NCBI GenBank assembly: GCA_951406725.2
Contig: OX597818.1
Coordinates: 77,190,001 to 77,254,000, forward strand
Length of the DNA stretch: 64,000 nucleotides
Source of the DNA: Octopus vulgaris
Lineage: Eukaryota
Reading direction: 5' to 3'
In this document: piece by piece, positions 53,937-64,000 of the stretch
How positions within the stretch are numbered: the stretch's first letter is position 1
Layout: each line of letters begins with the position of its first letter
Notes under the pieces: generated by a model
The model's database searches: none
What the model was told of the DNA's origin: nothing
What the model saw: only the letters and a program-made list of their open reading frames with translations
Made by a program: the position numbers and the translations under genes

Positions 53937-53970
<34 letters not shown>

Positions 53971-53971
53971 A

Positions 53972-54105
53972 AGTTAATCCAAACATGAAAACACCAAGAG
54001 AAAACACAACGCCTGGACGTGGAACAAATATAGTATTATTGGACGCTCAGGAAGGAAGGGAAGAAGGAGGGTTTTACGTTTCGAGCGGAGCTCTTCGTCA
54101 GAAAC
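53972..54105 (-). ncRNA. Family A repeat with apparently intact minimal hammerhead (54071-54105)
   Basis: Minus strand: gttt-CTGACGA-a-GAGC tcc GCTC-GAAAC-GTA-aaac; palindromic ACGT stem III. Confidence 0.78.
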
Positions 54106-54108
54106 AGG

Positions 54109-54219
54109 TGTTACTGGTGAAGGCTCGTTTATAGAGTTACCCTGGGTTTCTCACCATAAAGGGTACCTTTATGGCAAGAAACCCAAGGTGACCCTATATA
54201 CTGGCCTTCACCAGTAACA
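54109..54219. repeat. Imperfect ~110-bp palindrome
   Basis: tgttactggtgaaggc..ccataaagg-gta-cctttatgg..gccttcaccagtaaca. Confidence 0.85.
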
Positions 54220-54989
54220 AATATAAACTGCTCTACTTCTTAGAGTCTGCTTCTCTGGAGTTATGTTTTTCTAAAAAAAAAAACCATATATATATATATA
54301 TGAAATATAAAATATAATTAAGATTCAGTTGAATTAGGTGCTTAAATTGAGGCAGCTTGGTATATTATTTTAATATCGAATATCAAGAATCCATGTAGGG
54401 GTATTTGTACCAAATATTCCTGTTGTGTGTGTAGACAATGCAACCCAGAATGGTTTTTTTCGAACTGATGTAAACTATCCCTGTGATAATTGTGAATGAG
54501 CATCATCACCATACAGGCAATGTTGTTTGTTTGCAGTCTTCAAGAAAATCTGCCTCAATGAATTCCATCTGACCTATGAAGCATGGAAAAGTAGATTTTA
54601 AAATAATGATGAGTAAATATGATTTTCATTTCAGTTCTTCATCCTGCAGAAGTATACTTTGCTGTTCATCATTTTGAGGTTGATACACAAAGTACTACTC
54701 CTTTGATTGGTGGTGTATTGGCAAAATTGTTAATATTGGATGAGATGGCTTGTATCTCTTCTAGTGGTTTGTGTTCTAAGTTCAAATTCCACCTAGGTAT
54801 ACTCATGGTTAAAACTATTCACCCAATTACAAGAGCATCTTGATCAATATACAATCAACCAGTGTAGAGAAATAGGTCAAGAATGGCATGGTGACATTTT
54901 ATCCAGCAGTGGACTAAAAATGGTTTGCTGAGAATATGGAATAAGTGAATCTAATAAAGCAGTGTTTGGGTTCAGTTCATGAACTGTGT

Positions 54990-55330
54990 TGTGAAGGTGC
55001 ACGACTTGTCTAGTTGTTAGGGTGTTGCACTCATGACTGTAAGATTGTCGTTTTTATTCTTGAACTGGGTGATCTGTTTTTTCATGAGCAAAACACTTTG
55101 TTTCATGTTGCTCCAGTCCAATCAACTGTAAATGTATAACCTGGTGACAAATTTGCATCCCATTCAGGAGGAATGTTGTAATATGGGTCACTGTGAAAAG
55201 TGGGTAACTAGCCCTATAAATCCTAGTGCTTGAGACAGTAATGTTCAGTTGTTGATGATATTGTATTGTGGCCTTGAGCAAGGCACTTCGTTTTGTTTCT
55301 CCAGTCAATTTAGCTGTAAATAAGTACATG
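54990..55330 (+). mobile_element. Degenerate tRNA-derived SINE copies
   Basis: tgagcaaaacacttt.. and ccttgagcaaggcacttc..aaataagtac cores. Confidence 0.55.
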
Positions 55331-55392
55331 CTGGATACTAGTACTGTCCTTTCTTACTCTCTGGCTGTCATCTGGCAGATGTTACACTAGGC

Positions 55393-55715
55393 TAGTGGTT
55401 CTCAACCAGGTCCATATAAATTTCTGATGGGGTTCGTGCATGCAATATAGTAAATTGGGGCCTAATAGAAGTACATTAAGGGTCTATGAAAAAAGTTTTG
55501 CTTTAGATGTATTTATTGCAAGAAACAGCTTGATCTCTTTCTCTAATGTTTTACATAACTCAAACTACATTAGTTAATGTGTGATGAACAAAATAGGAAT
55601 TTTGAAAGAAGTATCTATAAAATTGGTTTTTGAACACCAAATGGCTATGGGGTATCCACCAGAATAAAACAGTAATCTAATGGGTCCATAGAAAAAAAAT
55701 GGTTGAGAATCATTG
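55393..55715. mobile_element. hAT-family MITE
   Basis: TIRs tAGTGGTTCTCAACC / GGTTGAGAAtCAtTG and 8-bp TSD cactaggc/cactagac. Confidence 0.82.
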
Positions 55716-56731
55716 CACTAGACCAAAGATAAAGGAGTCAAGAGGGTATCTGTTCATTATGACACAGGTACATAAAAAAACTAGTGAAAGCATGGTACAT
55801 GTTACCAAGCCATACCCACTCACAAGTGATGGCTGGCTGTATTTGAAAGGAGAGCAAGTATACATCTCTCTTCGGTGTGATCTTTATTTTCAAAGAGGAT
55901 AGGGTATACTGCTGGTGAATCTTGGGAGGGTCATTATGCCAATAATAAACACATGCACTGGTTCTATTTCACTTCTTTATTTTAATATGTTAACTGGTTG
56001 ACCATTCAAGCAACTAACTAATCAATTGATTAATTGTTTGGTCAATCAGTCAGCTAGGTTTGTCAAAGTCCTTTCGTCATCATTCACAACCTCATCAATC
56101 ACGTGCCCTCTCTCAGAAATAACTCCAATAAAATATTCCAGTAAAATCTATTTAAAAATTCATCTGTTTTGTCACGAATTTATTTCCATTCCTGTACATA
56201 TATGTCATATAAATGTTATTTCTAGATTTTCATAAATATTCATGAAGTACTTTTGACATTTTTTTTTAGGAAACAACACAAAATAAAACAAAAGACAAGT
56301 TTTGTATAAATTGGTTTTGATATTATCAAAGAAATATATTCAACATGTTTAATATTAACAAAATTGATCACAACCAATAAAAAGATAAAATTCTGATTTA
56401 TAAAAACATTCTTTTTTTTTTTAGTTATAATTGTAAACCATATTTTATTAAATCTCATTTTGATAATTAAACCTGCCTCTGTATTGTTTAAAATGGATGA
56501 AGAAAGAACATATACATACATGAAAACACACCCACACACACATATGCATATACATATACACGTGCACATACACATAGTGATGAATTTTGGTAGGAAAATG
56601 TGGGTCAATATATTTTTTAAAAAAAAGATAAAAAAAAGATTAAGTAGAGACCAGTAAAATTTTAATAATATTAATCTTCTGGAAGGATTTGAATTTCAAC
56701 ATTTTAAGGGAAAAAAAAAAAACAACCTAGT

Positions 56732-56890
56732 TTAACCCTTTTGCTACCATATTTCTGCTGAAATACACAGTCTTTGTCTCAATTAAGTTTGAAAATAATA
56801 AGAAATTTGTTAATATAACTTTGTCATTATTGATATAGCATTTGGAATATAAATTGCAGTATTTTTGAGGCATAAAAATTAATTTTCCAG
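56732..56890 (+). mobile_element. piggyBac-type MITE end (other pieces at 58170-58377 and from 58974)
   Basis: TTAA-CCCTTT.G.TAC.ATATTTCTG terminus, the same as the end at 38960-38988. Confidence 0.6.
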
Positions 56891-59044
56891 ACCATCATTA
56901 TCATCATTGTTATCGACTCAGGGTCGATAAATTAAGTACTAATGAAACATTGAGGTCGATGTAATTGACTAGTCCCTTCCTACCAAATTTGAAGCCTTGT
57001 GCCTCCAGTTGAAAGGATTATTATTATTATTATTAATTCAGGTTTTGTTGGAGCTCCTTGGGTCTTGCATGTGTAGTGGGATTGGTACCTGCAGTCTACA
57101 ATACCACAGTATCTGTTCTTTTCAGTTAATACTTTCTTGATATTATTATTAATTATTATCATTAAACATTGATATTAATTAAAAACTAGCTACATAATAG
57201 TTATTTAGTAGATTAATAGCTGCTTATAGTCATTTTCCACCAAGAAATTATATTTGGAATACTATGAGACAATGGAGAAACTCTATGAGGTCATTTATCA
57301 TGCTAAAAATAACAGCGAAACTTCTCTCAAATCATACACATTTTCAAAATGAAGACCTAAATACACTATTTGAAAATAAGATAGGATGATTATAGCTGGA
57401 ATGCTTTTAATCATAGGTCTATTGAATCAGGCCTGGCCTGTGGTTAAACAACAATGGAAGACAAGATGTAAAATAATTAAAAAAATTACCATCCTGAAAT
57501 ATAACAATAATCAACATCATAGTAAATTTAGTGGAAAACTGGAATAAATCTCCAGAAATATGCTTAATATGATTTTATTATGGGACTAATTTACTCAGAC
57601 AGTAAAATGATATATAACAAAGAAATACATAAAATTCATTGGTTGGCTGAATCTCAAAATACATAGGAATGGGATGGTGGTGGGCCAGTATATAAGAGTA
57701 GATTGTATATTCCATGGTAACTTAAAGATGAAAGATTAAAGTTTGAAATATACAGTGTAGAATTAGTTGTTTAGTCCCAGATCAGAACTGACCAAGATCT
57801 GTGGATAAAGGTAAAGGACTTTCAAACATAACATCTCATAATTTTTTAAGCATAGTTCATCCTGTACCACACTATTCAATGTGTTCCCCACAACTTTTAT
57901 TTTTGTTAAGATAGTAGAGTGTGATTTGAGAGAAATTTTGGCTGTTATTTCTAGCATGATGGGCAGTTGCATAGGGGTTTTCTCACTGACTCATTATATT
58001 TATTGTGTGTGTGATTTGAGAAACAATAGGAAGATTTTGACAGAGATGTAAGAAAACAGAAAATAAAGTTAATGTGAAGGAAAGAGGGTGTGTGTGTGGG
58101 TGGGGAGTAATACCTAAGAGAAGAAATTTGAGAAACAGTTTCTTCAGCTCATTTGATGACCAACCCACTCAAGGACTGACACTGGTTCTATGATACTTCT
58201 TTTTCAAAGTGATCTAAATTAAAACCTTCCATCAAAATTTCATGTAAATTTATGTTCCAAACACCAGGTGAATAATGACAAAGTTATTTTACTATAAATT
58301 CTTCATTATTTTCAAAATTAATTAAAAAAACAAAAAGACAGTGTGTATCAACAAAAATATGGTAACGAAAAGGTTCACCACACATTCACATTTGTTATTT
58401 CACTTTGACATTATTTGTACAAAAATAATCAAGCGATACAGTTATCTTGGGCAAGTGTCTTTACCATAACTTCAAGTCAACAAAAGGCTTGTGAATGAAA
58501 TTTGGTGGAGGGAAGACTTATACAGAAATGCAGAAGTCCATCAAAAGGACTTGTCCTGTTCATGGATGGAGATTTTTTCCAGCAGTCAGTTTAACATCAC
58601 CATCACAGTGACCACCACTACAACTGGGTTCTTGGATGTCTTTCATTCAGTCTGCTCTGTTGCAAGCATTTAGACCAAGTTACCCTGTTTGAGGATAACT
58701 TTTGTCCCTCCCTCTCTCCCTCCCACAAGTCTCAGAGGTCCTGAAAAAAATCAAAAGTACTGGCCTTTCTCTTCTGACAAAGCCAGAAAAAACAACAGCA
58801 AAAAAGATAATGAAACTTGAGCGACACCCCACATGTATGAATGTCATTAGACTCATAAATATTTCCCTTTCACAAAGTAATTTTCGTCAGGTGGCCATTT
58901 AGAAAATCCTGCTGGCAGCAATTTGCCTATGACTACAATAAACCAAGAAAATATATCTTACAGTTATTGTTATTTAACCCTTTGCTACTATATTTCTGCT
59001 GAAATACACAGTCTTTGTTTCAATTAATTACGAAAGTAATGAAG

Positions 59045-59712
59045 ATCATGGGATTGCACCTAGAAAGTTACCCTCCAAGGCATATGTTCAGGCAAGGTTG
59101 TTTATGGAAGACCAGCAATCACCCATGTATACCAGCCTCCCCTCTCCATGCCACTGACGTTTATCAAGAGAAGGGCACAAGCTGATACAGCTTGGCACCA
59201 GTGACATCATAACTCATTTCTACACCAGAATGAACAGAAGCAACATGAAATAAAGAGTCTAGCTCAAGAACACAACACACAACCCGGTCTGAGAATTGAA
59301 CTCACTACCTCATGATTGTGAACCTGATGCTCTAACCACTGAGTCATGCACCTTCACAAAATAAAGATAACTGTCATTATTAAGTTTGTGTTTGAAATAC
59401 AATTGATTGCCACTGCATCGCTTATGATGACAAGGGTTCCAGTTGATCTCATCAACAGAACAGCCTGCTCATGGAATTAACATGCAAGTGACTGAACATT
59501 CCACAGACACACATACAGTGAGATTAAGTGTGACACACAGAACGTGACAAGGCTGGCCTTTTGAATTATTGACACAACTCATTTTTGCTAGCTGAGTAAA
59601 CTGGAGCAATGTGAAATAAAGCATCTTGCTGAAGGACAAAATGCACCACTGGCAATCAAACTCATGACCTTATGATCATAGCTGAATACCATAACCAGTT
59701 AGCTACGTGCCC
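59045..59712 (-). mobile_element. Two tRNA-derived SINEs (59045-59358, 59420-59712); a third at 60190-60480
   Basis: Minus-strand heads gactcagtggttagagc..gagttcaattc with shared bodies. Confidence 0.65.
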
Positions 59713-59754
59713 TGGAATACAAATTTTAGACAGGGTGCACAACTCAGATATTAG

Positions 59755-60070
59755 GTAATCTTTCCCGGTTGAGCAGCTACTTCTCGTTGAGAGGTCACTA
59801 CTTCAGTGTTACGGAGATGTCATTAGAATGTCGGAGGAAAGGATGACAAGATGGATTCTTCAAACCAAGTCAACCAGCAGCAAACCAAAGAGTAGACCAA
59901 GAACAAGATGGTTGGATAATAACCAAAGTCATGTTTGGGAATCTAGCAGGAAAGTATAATGATGGTTGCTTCTGATAGTACCCTATGGAGGAGGTATCTG
60001 AAGACTCTATCACCATGATAGAGAAATACTGCTATACCAGGCCAACCTGTGGCAAAGGCGGAGCAAGCCC
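59755..60070 (+). mobile_element. Old RTE C-terminal fragment
   Basis: LLRVERSLLQCYGDVIRMSEERMTRWIL..KPKSRPRTRWLD. Confidence 0.65.
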
Positions 60071-60076
60071 CTAACT

Positions 60077-60165
60077 CTTATGGCCATATCACGTTGAAAA
60101 CACCGGTTCTTGTTTGATCACTGAAGTTAAGCAATGTCGAGCCTGGTTAGTAGTTAGATGGATGA
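60077..60165 (+). pseudogene. 5S rRNA pseudogene, first ~90 nt
   Basis: tatggccatatcacgttgaaaacaccggttct..gatcactgaagttaagcaa..gagcctggttagta matches the metazoan 5S sequence, with CpG decay and a 3' truncation. Confidence 0.85.
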
Positions 60166-63100
60166 TACAGAAATACTGTATGGCCGGGCACTCTATCAGT
60201 TATAATGATGAGTGTTCCAGTTGATTTGATCAATGGAACAGCCAGCTTGTGAAATTAACTTGCAAGTGGTTGAGCACTCTACAGAGTGTAGTACTTAATG
60301 TAGTCCTCAAGGAGATTCAGCATGACACACTGAATGTGACAAGGCTGGCCCACTGAACTACAGGTACAACTTATTTTTGTCAGCTAAGCAGACTGGTGTA
60401 ATGTGGGAAAACATGTCTTGTTCAAGGGCACAACATGCTGCTGGGAATCATACTCATGATCTTATGATAGTGAGTAGATGGCAACAATGGATGTACAGAC
60501 AGATGAAATTTTGGAGAAATATTTTAATTTAGATCACTCTAAAACAGAAAGTTTATATCATAGAATGAGGGGCAGTTTAAGAAGGGTTGGTAATTTGATT
60601 TATAAAACATGATCAATTCCTCAATTAGGTAACACAGAGCTATGAAGAATGAGAGACGGAGGACATGGCTTTTCAAATGATTTTTTTAACAAACACATTA
60701 AAATAGAAAGTAAAATTCATTAAGACCAGGAATTGGAAGTTAGTGAAGGATAATGCTTCACTATGATTTTAGTATTGTCTCATATAAAACAAATAAAAAA
60801 TAGATAATATAGATTTATAACATCAAAATACATGAATACAGGCTTAAAAAATAACCAAAAAAACCCCCAGTTATATATAACAAGACTATTTAAATTTCAA
60901 TTTCTATATTAATATTAAAAACAAATACCTTAAAATATTTCATTTATAAACAAAAATAGAATATATGAATACATATATACATACATACATATATATATAC
61001 AAAAAAATTATATAAAAATATTTTTTCCTATAATATAAATCACATGATGCTGTGATATTGAAAACCATTATAAGAAATTTACAATTTTTTCCAACCAGAC
61101 TAGAGTATTAAAAGGTTGATTTTTTATACATATTCCCTTTTAAAAATTTTTTATTTTTATTCATGCATTTTATGATTTTTTTGTTAACAAGTCCATAAGA
61201 ATGGGTGATAAATTTTTGTGACCAGAAAATCTCACAGGGTAAATTTGCTCTAAATTGGTAAATCAGACTGTCAATAGAGAATTGTTACATCATCATCTAG
61301 TTTCATGCCAGTTTCTTGGTATCTTTATTGATGTTTGGTATTCATTGGACAAAGGATTGAACTACTAGCTAATTGGTTAATAATTGATATCAATATATGA
61401 TGTACTTGTGGCCAAGATATTTAAACACAGGTTGGTTTGGTTCACTGACATGTTGACTTCAGATCCTTCAATAGATATAGCTTGCAATAAAATGTACTGT
61501 CCCAGTACAGGCTTGATCCTTGCAGTAAAATAGACTCTGACAGTATAGATTTGAGATCCATCTATAGATAAAGATTGTAGTAAAATGGAATGTGACAATA
61601 TAGGCTTCTATAGATAAAGCTCGTAATCCAGTGGACTCTGCCAGAATACATGTGATTTATACAAAGTGCATGAAAACCACTTTCTAAATGATTTCCAAGA
61701 ATTCAAGCAGTTACAAAACCCCTTTTGTAATGACTGTATCATAAACCAACTTTGTAGTTATACTGACTATTTGAGACTAGAATACAGTAATAGCATACAG
61801 AAATATTTCTTTATATTAAAAAATTTGATAAGTTATAATTTTCAAGAAACTGTTAAGAAGAGAGTGATTAAACAACACAAACACACATGAATATAAGCAG
61901 TAACATTATTTTTTTCTATTATGTAGACTTACTCAAAATTAAAAGCAGCATCTCTTACACTATTGAAGAGTCACATTAACCATTTACATTACATACACTT
62001 TCATTTATTTCTTTAACATTCTAGCATTTAAACCAGACATGTGTAGTCAAAATATTCTGCCTGTTATTATAAAGTACTTTTAAGAATAGCAACTAGACAT
62101 TTACTGATAGTAGAGTAAAATTTTATTGTGAAGATGGAATTAACTGGGGCTTCAAGTTGTACATGCTGATAAGCAAGTCCTAATAAATTTGATCTTTACT
62201 TATATGCCTGTATATGTGTGTGCGTGTGTCTATCTATTTGTCCTCAACTGATATGAAGAAAGGATCTAAAAATCAACAACAAAAATAAAATTATAAATTC
62301 ATTATATAAGCAAATTTTGCAGACTTTGCCTCAAAACTGGAGAGCAAATCTATAGGGGGAGGGTGAGAGAGAGAGAATCAAAGTGATGAGGCACAGAGCC
62401 TTTAATATGTTCAATGCTATGGGTATTACAAATGAACTGTAAAGGGATCTTGTCAGAATTTACAAATTACATAAAGTGTAATAGATGTGACCAAATGAAA
62501 TTGGTTCAAAAAGTGTGACTTATTCTGAGAGGGACTCACAAGGAATGAATATGAAAAAAATCCTGTTTGAGTAGCAGTAGGTTTTACTGATTGAAATTAC
62601 TATAGTTGGGTATAGCAACAGAAGCTATTGAGACACCTGAATTTAGTATATTCTTAAAAGGATTAGTGTGGGTAATGAGAGGATTATATGTAAGTTACAA
62701 GAAAAGATCTTGAACTCAAGTCAGACAAAATCAGCCAATGAAGCAAATAATATACTAAGCAATAAGTACAGGATAAAAGAATCAAATGTCTTGATAAATA
62801 TTACAGTATGCCTGACAATAAACATTCTTTTGTTCACTTGAGATATCAAAATTTCTTTTGAGGAATTAAAAATATAGCAATAAAACCTGCACATGCTGCA
62901 CAATGAAACAAGCTAAAAAAAAAAAAAAAAGGCAGAAAATAAAGTTCTTAAATATAAGTTTGATAATTCTAAAATTAATGACTTTTTAAGAAATTAAAAT
63001 TAGATTTTAAGAAATTACAATTGCGCTTTAAAGGAATTTGAATATATAGAATCTTGTAAAGGGAAAAAGTGAAACAAAATAGTTTTTACACAGCCAAATA

Positions 63101-64000
63101 GCATTACACATCAAAACATGACAAATGTTCCAACTTGAATTACACAAAAACTAATCACAGAGAGATTAGGTTCTGTGATTAGATTTTCTTATTAAAGGTC
63201 AATTTCTCATTTAAAAAGGCTAAATATTCTATGTAAAGAAAATAGATCATGTTAGATATAAACCTTGATGTATGGTTTACGGAATAATCAAAGAGCATAT
63301 GCTTCCTAACCAATCTATCATATGTCTAAAGAACCATTATTTACATACAATAGAGTTTCTTAATAAGTAGGTGGCTAAAAGAAGAAAAAAAAAAGGAAAG
63401 GTTAAAAAAAAAAGAAGAAGCAATGGTCCATTCTGAAGGATGTATTTATCTTTGTGTCCACTTTCTCTTCGCAACTATTATCTCCTTGAGTGAGACACGT
63501 ATTAGTAACTGAAGCAAACAGAAGAAAAAGAAAAGAAAAGAATATATATGTGTAACTTTAGTTATTAATTTTATTAAACTCTCAACATTTTTAAATACAG
63601 CCGAACCAAAACACATAGAAATGAAACAATACAAAAAAAAAAAAGAAATAAAACAATGCTTGAATGGAATTATTCCTGTAGAGAGGGAAAAATACTCAAA
63701 GAAAAACATTAGTCTTTCAACAATTTAATTTTTTTTTTTTTTTTTACAATACCTTGATATCCAAAAAGCAATTTTGTCACACATATTCTATGCATCATAG
63801 AAAATTCCACACATATTCTATGCATATCGTATATTATAAATTTAGATATAAAATAGAATTTTGATTTTGATAATTTCCAACTTTATAAAAAAAAAATTTT
63901 TTTTCCCCTAAAATACAATGATAACAATGAAAAATAAGAAAAATATAATTATCAAATTAGAATGTTATTTCCCTGTTATGAAATACAAACAAACCCCATA

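Overview
Eukaryotic, very AT-rich and repeat-saturated DNA. The mix of (TA)n/(CA)n/(GATA)n tracts, RTE LINEs with (GAT)n tails, tRNA-headed SINEs and non-autonomous Helitrons suggests an octopus (cephalopod) genome; that assignment is an inference. I cannot confidently call a host protein-coding gene, and most ORFs in the supplied track are microsatellite or TE artefacts. Transposable elements present: a near-intact DD34D mariner, DD37D (maT-type) relics, several RTE LINEs with a PHD-like finger after the RT domain, CR1-like and R4/Dong-like fragments, composite Helitrons carrying PIF1 and piggyBac pieces, a hAT MITE, SINEs and a 5S rRNA pseudogene. Two things the ORF track misses stand out. 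(1) A ~1.37 kb endogenous parvovirus/densovirus-like NS1 (SF3 helicase) relic on the minus strand at 48888-50252, inserted into an R4-type LINE. (2) About ten minimal type I hammerhead ribozyme motifs from several families. They sit in short non-coding Penelope-pLTR/retrozyme-like units, often fold-back and often embedded in (TA)n tracts, and include apparently intact cores (42870, 54071, 37914) and a subfamily with a non-canonical core position 6. All coordinates were read by eye and may be off by a few bases.
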